From the NCBI GenBank assembly GCA_023254735.1, contig JALRKV010000023.1:438-64437 (forward strand): a stretch of 64,000 nucleotides of DNA, in the 5' to 3' direction. Of this stretch, positions 1 to 9,087 are shown piece by piece. The stretch comes from Pseudomonadales bacterium. GTDB taxonomy: Bacteria; Pseudomonadota; Gammaproteobacteria; Pseudomonadales; Pseudohongiellaceae. The position numbers and the translations under genes are program-made. The notes beneath the pieces are model-generated. The model made no database searches. It saw only the letters and a program-made list of their open reading frames with translations, and had not been told where the DNA came from. Numbering within the stretch: the first letter of the stretch is position 1; each line of letters starts with the position of its first letter.

Positions 1-962
1 GCATAGTAGAGCATCGTGAGGTTATGCGTCGGATAGATCGCCACGCCGCGTCCGATAGCGGCCTTCTGGTCAGAATGCCACGCGATAGTATTGGCCCTAA
101 CTGCCTTCTCCCAGAGCCCCATCTCGTTCCATGTATGGCTTGGCATATGGTTGATATGACTTGCACCAGGGATGGCGGTGCCTAGTAGCTCAGCGCAGGG
201 CGCTGCGAGCTCGGGGGTTGGGGTCGATTCGGTAGCATGAACATAGAGGTGGCAGGCCCCGGGATGCGTGATGTCGCGTGCGAGAACGCTTTCTAGTATG
301 CCATGGAGTCTGATGACATTCGGGTCCTCTAACCTGCGGTAACCCCGTCGTTCTTCGAGCAGAAACAATGCGTCTGCATAGAGCGTGGCAATGTTTAAGT
401 CGTCAGGATATTTGCGCGCCAATCCTGCCAGGGTATCCGCGTAGGCTTGATCCTGTACGCGTCTTGTCGCGGGGTCATAATTCTCGACATAGCGCGATTG
501 CAATGCATGGATTAGGTCAGCTTCTTTTTCGCTTGCGTTATCAATCAGGGCGAGCGCTTTGTTAAGAGCGGCAAGCGCACGAGGCGCCTCGGCTGTAGTC
601 ATTGCCCCATTGAGATAGCTGCCCCAACTCCACGCTTCTCCCCAAAAGCAAATTGCACAATTCGGGTCAGCGATTTGCGCTTCACGAAACGAGCGCGCGG
701 ATTCTAACTTTGCAAAGGCATACATCATTTGCATGCCTTGATCGAAAAACGCCTGAGCGAGCTCCGAGTTCGAGGAGATTGGGAAATGGAAGTCGCCGAG
801 TATTTCTTCCATAAGCGGGATTGGCGCAGCAAACTCCTCAGGATAATCAATTTCCTGCGAGTAGAGAGACTGAGATAAGGCTGACAGCGTGAATAGGCTT
901 AGAGCTAGGGTAATTGCCTTTGGCATGGTTCGTATGTTCTTTTTCATGGCCATGGTGTTCAT
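1..962 (-). CDS. secreted TPR-like protein of unknown function (N-terminal ~320 codons; 3' end lies beyond the left edge)
   Basis: My own minus-strand translation from the ATG at 960-962 gives MNTMAMKKNIRTMPKAITLALSLFTLSALSQS..., a signal-peptide-like start, and stays open to position 1. It is absent from the ORF track because it is open-ended. An SD-like AAGGAAGGAG lies about 10 nt upstream. It contains ...GASHINHMPSHTW... Confidence 0.55.
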   Translation of the reverse strand, partial: MNTMAMKKNIRTMPKAITLALSLFTLSALSQSLYSQEIDYPEEFAAPIPLMEEILGDFHFPISSNSELAQAFFDQGMQMMYAFAKLESARSFREAQIADPNCAICFWGEAWSWGSYLNGAMTTAEAPRALAALNKALALIDNASEKEADLIHALQSRYVENYDPATRRVQDQAYADTLAGLARKYPDDLNIATLYADALFLLEERRGYRRLEDPNVIRLHGILESVLARDITHPGACHLYVHATESTPTPELAAPCAELLGTAIPGASHINHMPSHTWNEMGLWEKAVRANTIAWHSDQKAAIGRGVAIYPTHNLTMLYY

Positions 963-1042
963 TAAATTCTTGTCTCCTTCCTTAGAATTTATTGACGCGA
1001 ACATTGTCTAGCGTTCGTAATATCGCATCAGTTTTTTATCAA

Positions 1043-2602
1043 TTACAGGTTAAATTCAACCCCGGCGCCGGGGCCGAGTGGTAAGCCAAGCACTACCCAT
1101 AAAACGGTTAATATAATGCCTGAAAGCAGCAGCAGTGCTGAGTAGGGCAGCATAGTCGCAGCGAGGCTTCCTAGCCCAAACTCGCGTTGCCAGCGCTGGC
1201 AGAAAATAAGTATTAGCGGGAAATAAGGCATAAGCGGGGTGATTATATTGGTTGCTCCATCGCCAACGCGATAGGCGGCTGTACTCATCTCAGGGCTGAT
1301 TCCAACCAGCATCAGCATGGGCACCACGACAGGGGCAAGCAAGGCCCATTTAGCGCTAGCCGAGCCAACAAAGAGGTTAATGAATGCGCACAAAACTATG
1401 ATCAGGGTAAGCAATAACGGATCTGGCAGACTCGAACTTTCGAGGAACTCTGCGCCATTGATGGCGAAAATCAGTCCTAGGTTCGACCAATTGAACATTG
1501 CAACAAAATGCGCCGCTACGAAGGCAAGGACCAAGTAGTAACCTAGATCAGCCATCGCTTCGCTCATCATCTTAACGATATCGCGGTGGTCTTTAACCAC
1601 GCCGGCGCCTTTGCCGTAGGCCCAGCCTGCCGCAAGGAAGAGGACGAAAAAGCCGGCAACGAGCGATTGGAAAAAAGGCGTGAGTCTCGCCTCATCAGTC
1701 GCAGTGTCATCTATGAGCGGAGTTCCCGGCCCTATTGTTAAGAATAGCCAGATCGCGATCACCGCGAGACACGCGTAGCCAGCATAAGCGAGACCTCGGC
1801 GCTCCTGCGCTGTGAGTTCGGTGTTAGGGTCTTTGAGGTCTATAGACAGCGTGCCGCCGCCGGACACCACCGGAGTCAGTCTGGGTTCAACAATACGGTC
1901 GGTTACATACCAAATGACAGGCAAAAAGACGAAGGTCATCGCGATGATGAAAAAGGCGTTGCCTGCGATATTGGCATTCCAAGTGGGGAGAATTGTTTCG
2001 GCTGCAGCCTCTGTAATGCCGAACAAAAGCGCGTCGAGTTGTCCCGGGAACAGGTTTGCCGAGAAGCCTCCAGAGACGCCGGCGAAGGCAGCTGCAATGC
2101 CGGCGATGGGATGTCGGCCGGCCGCGGCAAACACGACTCCTGCAAGAGGGATCAGTACGACATAGGCCGCGTCTGTTGCGAGATTTCCAAGCATGCCAAC
2201 GAGCGCAACGGCAGGTGTCAGCAGAAAGGTAGGCGCTTTAGACATCGCACCACTCATGGCCGCACCAAAAAATCCGGAGCGCTCAGCGACGCCCGCGCCA
2301 AGCATGACCACGAGCACATACCCCAGAGGATGGAAGGAGGTAAATGTTGTCGGCATGCTTACCAGCAGCCGGCGAATATTTTCTCCCGAAAGAAGCGACT
2401 CGGCGCTAACAATAAGAGCGTTGCCCTCGGCATCAACAGACACAGGGTGTTCTGCAGAAACACCGAAAAGCGCGGCGATCACGCTTGCGGCGATCACGCC
2501 AAGAATACAATAAACGAAAATGAACACGGGGTCGGGGAGTTTGTTGCCCGATCGTTCAATCCAGCCCAACAGGCCGTCTGTGCGTGGTGTGCTTGTGTTC
2601 AT
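1043..2602 (-). CDS. AbgT/MtrF/YdaH-family transporter
   Basis: 519-aa ORF with a multi-pass hydrophobic profile. The N-terminus ...LLGWIERSGNKLPDPVFIFVY... is typical of the AbgT family. Confidence 0.85.
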   Translation of the reverse strand: MNTSTPRTDGLLGWIERSGNKLPDPVFIFVYCILGVIAASVIAALFGVSAEHPVSVDAEGNALIVSAESLLSGENIRRLLVSMPTTFTSFHPLGYVLVVMLGAGVAERSGFFGAAMSGAMSKAPTFLLTPAVALVGMLGNLATDAAYVVLIPLAGVVFAAAGRHPIAGIAAAFAGVSGGFSANLFPGQLDALLFGITEAAAETILPTWNANIAGNAFFIIAMTFVFLPVIWYVTDRIVEPRLTPVVSGGGTLSIDLKDPNTELTAQERRGLAYAGYACLAVIAIWLFLTIGPGTPLIDDTATDEARLTPFFQSLVAGFFVLFLAAGWAYGKGAGVVKDHRDIVKMMSEAMADLGYYLVLAFVAAHFVAMFNWSNLGLIFAINGAEFLESSSLPDPLLLTLIIVLCAFINLFVGSASAKWALLAPVVVPMLMLVGISPEMSTAAYRVGDGATNIITPLMPYFPLILIFCQRWQREFGLGSLAATMLPYSALLLLSGIILTVLWVVLGLPLGPGAGVEFNL

Positions 2603-2652
2603 CTTTGTGTACCTCTTCAGTGGCTTACCATTCTAGGTGCTGGCTTCAGCGT

Positions 2653-2720
2653 CTCACTTTCTAGCTGTCTCACTAGTTCACTCTCTAGCTCACTCTCTAG
2701 CTCAATCTCTAGCTCACTTA
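2653..2720. repeat. tandem array of a degenerate 12-mer CTCACTCTCTAG (5 full units plus 1 partial), each full unit ending in CTAG
   Basis: Read directly: ctcactttctag / ctgtctcactag / ttcactctctag / ctcactctctag / ctcaatctctag / ctcactta. It lies in the 135-bp gap between the epoxide hydrolase stop (2738) and the AbgT start (2602). Confidence 0.85.
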
Positions 2721-2737
2721 TGCGATCTGGCGAACGA

Positions 2738-3982
2738 TTACCGAAGTAGTCGGAAAAACGTATTGAGCTCGGACAGGTAAGTGTCGGGTTGCTCAAGAGC
2801 TGCAAAATGACCGCCTTGTTCTAGCGCAGCCCAGTGCCGAATATCATAGGCTGCTTCGGCCCAGGCGCGTGGCGTTATATAGATTTCGGCAGGGAATAGC
2901 GCAACGCCCGTGGGCACATCGATGTAAGTCGTCGGCTTGGTCTGTGGAACTGCCCTGTTCTCATAATAGATGCGCATCGATGAGGTAATCGACTCGGTAA
3001 ACCAATAAATAGAAATATTGGTGAGCAGCTCATCTTTACTGAAGTAATCATCCAGATTACCCTCGGCTCCCTGCGGCATGTCTGTCCAGCCGTGAAATTT
3101 CTCGAGTATCCACGCTGCTAGTCCAGCGGGTGAATCGTTGAGAGCATAGCCAAGGCTCTGCGGCTTTGTCCCTTGGATTTGCTGATAGGCGAGTTCGCCA
3201 CGCATGTAGTTGCCGCGACTCTCCCGAAGTGCCGCTTCGCTAGCGGTAACTTGCTCTCGTTGGGTTTTATCCTCGGGTGGTCCTGCGAGAATCATATTCG
3301 AATGCAGGCCTATGAGCCGCTCTGGGAAATGATTGGCGTGATGACTGTTGATCACCGCACCCCAATCGCCACCGGCGATCGCGTACCGCTCGTAGCCAAG
3401 GTTTTGCATCAACCCCGCGAGCAGAAGTGCGATCTTCTCAGGATTCATTCCAGGCTCGGTCGGTGCTTGCGAAAAGCCGAAGCCGGGAAGTGAAGGCGCG
3501 ATCACGTGGTAGCTATCGACGCTAGATCCTCCATGTGCTTCAGGATCGGTTAGAGGGCCAATAATTTTATGAAATTCGGCTATCGAGCCCGGCCAGCCAT
3601 GCACAAGCATAAGTGGGATTGCGTTCGCGTTTTCCGAACGGTGGTGGATGGTGTGAATCTCATTACCCTCCACATCCACCAAAACCTGATCGAAACGGTT
3701 AAGCAAAGCTTCTTGTGCGCGCCAATCGAAGTCCTCGCGCCAATAATCAATAAGATTAGTGAGAGTGCTTAAGTCAGTGCCGTATTCCCAACTTACGCCG
3801 TCAAGTTGGTCGGGGAGACGCGTGCTCGCTAGCCGTCGTTTAAGATCGATTATCGCTTCTTCGTCTATCGCAATTTTAAAGGGCTTCACGACTGTCTCTC
3901 CCTGGGTTATCGAAGTCTGCGAATTGGCTTGGGCGCTGACAGTCGCCATAAATGCGAGCACGAGTGAAATGACTGTTTTCAT
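2738..3982 (-). CDS. epoxide hydrolase (microsomal-type alpha/beta hydrolase), predicted exported
   Basis: 414 aa with a signal-like MKTVISLVLAFMATVSAQA. It has the HGWPGS oxyanion motif, the GGDWGA nucleophile elbow and a C-terminal GGHFAALEQP. The start overlaps the upstream stop (ATGA at 3979-3982). Confidence 0.8.
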   Translation of the reverse strand: MKTVISLVLAFMATVSAQANSQTSITQGETVVKPFKIAIDEEAIIDLKRRLASTRLPDQLDGVSWEYGTDLSTLTNLIDYWREDFDWRAQEALLNRFDQVLVDVEGNEIHTIHHRSENANAIPLMLVHGWPGSIAEFHKIIGPLTDPEAHGGSSVDSYHVIAPSLPGFGFSQAPTEPGMNPEKIALLLAGLMQNLGYERYAIAGGDWGAVINSHHANHFPERLIGLHSNMILAGPPEDKTQREQVTASEAALRESRGNYMRGELAYQQIQGTKPQSLGYALNDSPAGLAAWILEKFHGWTDMPQGAEGNLDDYFSKDELLTNISIYWFTESITSSMRIYYENRAVPQTKPTTYIDVPTGVALFPAEIYITPRAWAEAAYDIRHWAALEQGGHFAALEQPDTYLSELNTFFRLLR

Positions 3983-5175
3983 GGCTGCTCCGAATAGTCG
4001 CTCAACACACGTTCGAGTATTGCAAGTGCTTCATTAATTTCTTCGTGCGTGACGTTGAGTGCTGGAAGAAAACGGATGCTATTGCCGCCGGCTTTTACAA
4101 CGAGTAAACCCGCGGCCTGAAGTTTGGCTATTAGGGCCGCTGCGTCCGTGTGGCAACGAAGTCCTAGCATCAGCCCCAATCCAGTTACTTGGCTAAGCAG
4201 TGCGGGATATTGGTCAATGAGGTCCTGCAAGCCGCTGCGCAAGTGGATGCCCGCGAGCTGCACGTCAAGCAGAAAACCTTCGCGTAATAGTTCGTCTAAT
4301 ACGGCATTACCGACAGCAGTGGCCAGCGGACTGCCGCCAAAGGTGCTGCCGTGACTTCCTGCAGTCATAGCAGCGGCGACCCTGTCTGTCGCGAGACAAG
4401 CGCCAATTGGAATTCCGCCGCCAAGCCCCTTCGCGCTCGCTAAGAGGTCAGGAACCACGCCGAGCTGTTGATAGGCAAAAAGAGAGCCCGTCCTGCCGAC
4501 GCCGCTTTGAACCTCATCGAACATTAAAAGGAGTTCGTGTTCGTCACAGAGCGCGCGTATAGATGCAAGATACCCCTTAGGCACGGGACGTATGCCGCCT
4601 TCGCCTTGCACGGGCTCTAAAACTATGCCGGCGGTGTTTGTCGTAATCGCGGCCTTTAGCGCTTCAAGATCGCCGAACTCGACTTGATCGAAGCCGGCGT
4701 CGCCGACAATGAATCCATCGCAGTGCATTGGGTTAAACGCAGAGGCAATCGCACCCAGTGTACGGCCGTGGAAGGAGTTGCGTAGCGATATAATTCGGTG
4801 TTTGTGGCTTTCGCCGCGGGCGTAAAAATAGCGACGAATAACTTTGTAACCCGCCTCGACAGCCTCGGCTCCTGAATTACAGAAAAACACTTTGTCTGCA
4901 AAGGTGTTATCGACAAGTCGCTGACCTAGTCTTTCAGCCTGTTTGATGCGATAAAGATTCGAGGTGTGCCAGACGGTTTGCGCTTGTTTAGTTAATGCAT
5001 CAATGAGTTTGGGATTGCTATGCCCTAAGCAATTAACGGCGATACCCATTGCGAAATCTAGATAGCGCGTGCCGTCTGCGGTGAATAGCTCGGAACCCCG
5101 ACCCGATTCGAACTCGAGAGTCGGCGATCCATAGTTATTCATGAGTGCAGAGCCGTGCTGTTGGGCAGAATTCAT
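3979..5175 (-). CDS. argD: class-III PLP aminotransferase, acetylornithine aminotransferase-like
   Basis: 398 aa with motifs NSGAEAVE, FDEVQSGVGRTG and SAKGLGGG. The start could instead be the internal Met at MNNYGS. Confidence 0.75.
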   Translation of the reverse strand: MNSAQQHGSALMNNYGSPTLEFESGRGSELFTADGTRYLDFAMGIAVNCLGHSNPKLIDALTKQAQTVWHTSNLYRIKQAERLGQRLVDNTFADKVFFCNSGAEAVEAGYKVIRRYFYARGESHKHRIISLRNSFHGRTLGAIASAFNPMHCDGFIVGDAGFDQVEFGDLEALKAAITTNTAGIVLEPVQGEGGIRPVPKGYLASIRALCDEHELLLMFDEVQSGVGRTGSLFAYQQLGVVPDLLASAKGLGGGIPIGACLATDRVAAAMTAGSHGSTFGGSPLATAVGNAVLDELLREGFLLDVQLAGIHLRSGLQDLIDQYPALLSQVTGLGLMLGLRCHTDAAALIAKLQAAGLLVVKAGGNSIRFLPALNVTHEEINEALAILERVLSDYSEQP

Positions 5176-5386
5176 GGCGTGTTCCTGAGTGTCCGGGCAG
5201 TACCGTCTTACGATTGATTCGTTGTTTTGATGTCGTTTTTGTTTCTTGCTTTATGGTTTGTTGTGCGAGCAAATATCTATAAATCATGCCGTAGTAAAGT
5301 GTATCATTCAATTTGCGGTTTCAGGCGGGCTGGGGTCAAAAAAAGACCAGCGCGCTAACGTGTATTTGTGAGTAGGAGGTGAGGCT

Positions 5387-6040
5387 ATGCTGTTTAGTTT
5401 AGGTGGTGCATCGACGCGGAGTTTAGAGCTCCCGACTGCGCAGGAAGCGCTTCCTGATAGGCAGGAGGCCGCTATTTTCAACCCTATTCACTTCGTTTCT
5501 GGGCATCGCATCGCGCAGCCACTGCCGGATCATCTGTCGAGTGCTGTCTTTGGTCTGGGCTGCTTTTGGGGCGCTGAGCGCCTGTTCTGGCAGCTTGAGG
5601 GCGTCTACAGCACCGCCGTTGGCTATGCGGGTGGCATAACCGCTAATCCTAGCTACGAAGATGTGTGCAGTGGGCGCACTGGGCATGCCGAGGTTGTCAT
5701 CGTCTTTTTCGATCCCGCGCTCATCAGTTACCGGCAATTGCTCAGCGCATTTTGGGAGGCGCATGATCCAACCCAAGGGATGCGTCAGGGTAACGATGTT
5801 GGAACGCAGTACAGATCGGTACTTTACACGTTTGACGCCGAGCAGCAGGAGCAGGCGGAGGCAGCAGCGCGCGTATTTCAGGCCGCGCTCGAGGAGCGAG
5901 GGTATTCTCAGATCACAACTGAGATTGCGCCGTTAGACACATTTTATTATGCCGACGACTACCATCAGCAGTATCTTGCCAAAAACCCTAATGGCTATTG
6001 CGGACTCGCAGGCACTGGCGCCTGCTACAGGCCCGACTAG
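5387..6040 (+). CDS. msrA: peptide-methionine (S)-S-oxide reductase
   Basis: 217 aa with the active-site GLGCFWGAE and AVGYAGG motifs. AGGAGG lies upstream of the ATG. Confidence 0.9.
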   Translation: MLFSLGGASTRSLELPTAQEALPDRQEAAIFNPIHFVSGHRIAQPLPDHLSSAVFGLGCFWGAERLFWQLEGVYSTAVGYAGGITANPSYEDVCSGRTGHAEVVIVFFDPALISYRQLLSAFWEAHDPTQGMRQGNDVGTQYRSVLYTFDAEQQEQAEAAARVFQAALEERGYSQITTEIAPLDTFYYADDYHQQYLAKNPNGYCGLAGTGACYRPD

Positions 6041-6081
6041 CGAGTTTGCGCGTTAAGAGTTTTGAAATTGGGGAGTGAAGA

Positions 6082-7002
6082 GTGACAGTGCCGCAGAACC
6101 CTAAGCAACCGTCAATTGATCCGCTGGTTATCGCGATTTCATCTCGTGCGCTATTCGATCTAGCCGAAAGCCATCAAGTTTATGAGGATGAGGGGCTCGC
6201 CGCCTACCAGCAGTATCAAATAGCCCGTGAGAACGATCCGCTACTGCCGGGTGACGCTTTTAGCCTGGTGCAAAAGCTATTGCGGCTAAATGAGCAGCTT
6301 GAGGAATCGCCCGTACAGGTGATTCTTCTCTCGCGCAACAGTGCCGATACGGGGCTGCGCATTTTCAATTCGATTAAGCACTATGGGCTAGACATAAGTC
6401 GCGCTGCCTTTAGCGGCGGGGAGAGTCCGTACCGCTACATATCTGCATTCAATAGCCACCTCTTTCTCTCTACCGACGGTGCGGACGTGAGGCGCGCGCT
6501 TGAATCTGGAGTCGCCGCCGCGACGATTTTGCCTTCTAATAAAGCTGCCGCTGACACTGCGACACTCAAAATCGCCTTTGATGGGGACGCGGTTTTGTTT
6601 TCGGATGACTCCGAACGCATCTACAAAAACGATGGGCTTGAAGCCTTCACGCGTAACGAAGTCGCCGCTGTCGACGAGCCGCTCAGTGGCGGGCCGTTTA
6701 AGCCGGTACTAGCCGCCTTGCAACAGATTCAGATGGCTTTTCCTATTGGTGAGTCACCGCTTCGGACCTGTTTGGTGACCGCGCGTGCCGCACCGGCGCA
6801 TGAACGCGTGGTTAAGACCCTCAGGCATTGGAATATTCGAATTGACGAATCGTTGTTTTTGGGCGGCTTGGATAAGGGTGAGTTTCTGCGTGCTTTCGAT
6901 GCAGACGTGTTCTTTGACGACCAGCAGGGACACTGTGACTCAGCTCGAAATCACGTGGCTACCGGTCATGTGCCCTCGGGTGTTGCAAATAGCGTGGAAT
7001 AA
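6082..7002 (+). CDS. 5'-nucleotidase-family protein (bacterial cN-IA-like family)
   Basis: 306 aa with a GTG start. IAISSRALFDL... and ...FDGDAVLFSD... resemble the bacterial 5'-nucleotidase family as I recall it. No search was run. Confidence 0.55.
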   Translation: MTVPQNPKQPSIDPLVIAISSRALFDLAESHQVYEDEGLAAYQQYQIARENDPLLPGDAFSLVQKLLRLNEQLEESPVQVILLSRNSADTGLRIFNSIKHYGLDISRAAFSGGESPYRYISAFNSHLFLSTDGADVRRALESGVAAATILPSNKAAADTATLKIAFDGDAVLFSDDSERIYKNDGLEAFTRNEVAAVDEPLSGGPFKPVLAALQQIQMAFPIGESPLRTCLVTARAAPAHERVVKTLRHWNIRIDESLFLGGLDKGEFLRAFDADVFFDDQQGHCDSARNHVATGHVPSGVANSVE

Positions 7003-7039
7003 CACGGTATTCTCGCTCGATAGCGCGAAGAACGCTTCA

Positions 7040-7915
7040 TTAACTAGCGCCGCTAATAAGATAGCCTGCACCAAGGCTGCCTAGTAACACGATCAATACT
7101 CCCCGTAGAAAACGCTCTGGCATCTTGTGTGCGAGTTTTGCGCCCAGCTGGATTGCCGGTAACGATCCAATTAGCAGGCCTGCGAGCAGCGCCAGATCGA
7201 CCTGCCCAGCCAAAAGGTAGCCCAGTCCTGCCACCAGCGTCAGCGGTACTGCATGGGCGATATCCGTTCCGACGATTCTCACGCTTTTAGTGTCTGCATA
7301 AATAGTCATCAAAATCGCCGCGGCGAATGCGCCGGCACCGACAGACGACAAGGTGACGCAAACGCCTAGCACAATTCCCATCACGCATGTCGTCTTTGTG
7401 CGGTTCTTATGAATCACACCCATGATGAGACTAGGCTTGCCGAGGGCAGCGTTAGCGCGGAGCTTGTCCCTAGCTAAAAGCATCACTGCAGTGAGAATGA
7501 GCATCATGCCGAGGCTCGAGGTGAGCAACGCTTCGCTTTGTTGAAGGCTTACTAAATAACCACCGGACAGCGCCAGATGCGTTAATGCCGCCGCAGGCAG
7601 GCTGCCTGCCGCAAGAGTCCCTACGATACGCCAATCTACCGATTGCTGTTTATGATGCGAAACAACGCCACCGGTTTTAGTGAGCGCCGCATAGAGCAAA
7701 TCGGTACCGATAGCGACTGCCGGCGCGTAGCCAAACAGGAGGAGTAGGGGGGTCATCAATGACCCGCCGCCGACCCCGGTTACGCCGATCGCAAAACCGA
7801 CCAAACTACCAGCGGCGATATGGGAAAATGCGATGCTGACGTCAATGGCCATTGCTCCACTGACTATCGAATCGAGCAGTGTGCCTGAGTCGACTGCGAG
7901 ACTTGCGATGTCCAT
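7040..7915 (-). CDS. TSUP (TauE/SafE) family sulfite/anion exporter
   Basis: Polytopic Gly-rich membrane protein (...GVTGVGGGSLMTPLLLL...). I chose the start at MDIASLAV (7915) because AAGGA lies 6 nt upstream and the 41 upstream in-frame codons are hydrophilic and unlike the family. Confidence 0.75.
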   Translation of the reverse strand: MDIASLAVDSGTLLDSIVSGAMAIDVSIAFSHIAAGSLVGFAIGVTGVGGGSLMTPLLLLFGYAPAVAIGTDLLYAALTKTGGVVSHHKQQSVDWRIVGTLAAGSLPAAALTHLALSGGYLVSLQQSEALLTSSLGMMLILTAVMLLARDKLRANAALGKPSLIMGVIHKNRTKTTCVMGIVLGVCVTLSSVGAGAFAAAILMTIYADTKSVRIVGTDIAHAVPLTLVAGLGYLLAGQVDLALLAGLLIGSLPAIQLGAKLAHKMPERFLRGVLIVLLGSLGAGYLISGAS

Positions 7916-8031
7916 GGTTTGTCCTTGGGGAAGCGCTAGCGAGGTTTGAGAATGCGGGTTTAATCGACTCTTATTGATTGGCCGACGCGTGGCTGAGGGC
8001 AGATGAGGGTGGAGAATAGACTGGTCTATAT

Positions 8032-8046
8032 ATTCCATAAAGGAAT
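8032..8046. promoter_or_regulatory. candidate LysR-type T-N11-A box (ATTCC-ATAAA-GGAAT palindrome)
   Basis: 15-bp palindrome in the divergent TSUP/cysB intergenic region, 66 nt upstream of the cysB ATG. It fits the generic LysR T-N11-A architecture. Confidence 0.3.
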
Positions 8047-8112
8047 TTATTGTTATAGTTTTATTCTTTTGGGTTCTATCCCGTCACGATAAGAGCGTCA
8101 GGTGGTTCCGCG

Positions 8113-9087
8113 ATGAAATTACAGCAGCTGCGTTATATTTGGGAGGTAAATAGGCAGGGTTTAAATGTCTCGGAGGCGGCGAATGCTCTGTTTACGTCGC
8201 AGCCCGGCGTCAGCAAGCAGATCAGAGCACTCGAAGACGAGTTGGGAGTACAGATATTTGAGCGCCGCGGCAAACAGTTGGTTGCGGTCACAAGTGCTGG
8301 GCAAAGGATTCTCGAAGCGAGCGGTGATGTACTGAGTCGCATACAGAACATTAAGTCGATGGCGGACGAGCTGCGCGATGAAAGCAAAGGCTCTCTCTCG
8401 ATCGCGACGACGCACACTCAGTGCCGCTATGTGCTGCCAGAGGTCATAAAAACCTTCCGCGCTCGTTACCCCAATGTGTCTTTGCATTTGCATCAAGGCA
8501 CGCCACTGCAAATAGCGCAGGCAGCCGCAGATGGGACTGCAGATATTGCGATCGCAACCGAGGCTTTAGAGCTCTTTGAAGAACTCACAATGCTGCCATG
8601 CTACCGCTGGAATCGCGCTGTGATTGTACCTAAGGCCCACCCGCTTGCTTCAGTTAAACGCCTGACGCTAAAAAAGCTCAGCGAATACCCGCTTGTAACC
8701 TACAACTTTGGCTTTACCGGGCGTTCGAAACTCGACGAGGCTTTTAAGCGTGAGGCGCTCACGGCCAATGTCGTGTTCACCGCCGCCGATGCCGACGTTA
8801 TCAAAACCTATGTTCGTTTAGAGTTGGGTGTCGGCATCGTGGCGCGCATGGCGGTAGATGAAAAACAAGACAGCGACTTAGTCGCCCTCGATGCTGCACA
8901 TTTGTTTGAGCCTAGTGTCACTAAGATCGCGTTTAGGCGAGGGAGCCATCTGCGTGGCTACATGGCTGGATTTATTGAAATGTTTGCCCCGCATATCAAA
9001 GCCGCTACGTTTCAGCGTCAAGTCAGCGAAAACACGCAGCAAGAAATCGAGGCGCACTATGCCGATGTTAGTTTGCCCGATTTGTAA
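8113..9087 (+). CDS. cysB: LysR-family transcriptional regulator CysB
   Basis: 324 aa. MKLQQLRYIWEV...SQPGVSKQIRALEDELGVQIFER and the downstream ...ATTHTQ.RY.LP..., DADVIKTYVRLELGVG are collinear with E. coli CysB as recalled. Confidence 0.85.
   Translation: MKLQQLRYIWEVNRQGLNVSEAANALFTSQPGVSKQIRALEDELGVQIFERRGKQLVAVTSAGQRILEASGDVLSRIQNIKSMADELRDESKGSLSIATTHTQCRYVLPEVIKTFRARYPNVSLHLHQGTPLQIAQAAADGTADIAIATEALELFEELTMLPCYRWNRAVIVPKAHPLASVKRLTLKKLSEYPLVTYNFGFTGRSKLDEAFKREALTANVVFTAADADVIKTYVRLELGVGIVARMAVDEKQDSDLVALDAAHLFEPSVTKIAFRRGSHLRGYMAGFIEMFAPHIKAATFQRQVSENTQQEIEAHYADVSLPDL

Noticed and set aside
2653-2720. CRISPR array
   Set aside because: The units are contiguous 12-mers with no spacers and there are no cas genes in the window. 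It is a minisatellite-type tandem repeat. The same applies to 41151-41222.
2039-2749. Long alternative-frame or antisense ORFs in the track: 2039-2749 (+), 22408-22893 (+), 23248-23682 (-), 25889-26395 (-), 57388-57807 (+), 59597-60001 (+), 61423-61848 (+)
   Set aside because: Each lies wholly inside a gene with strong family motifs on the other strand or frame. Their translations are low-complexity Arg/Ser/Cys-rich with no recognisable domains or SD sequences. The SLSSSLSSS stretch of 2039-2749 is simply the 12-mer array read in frame.
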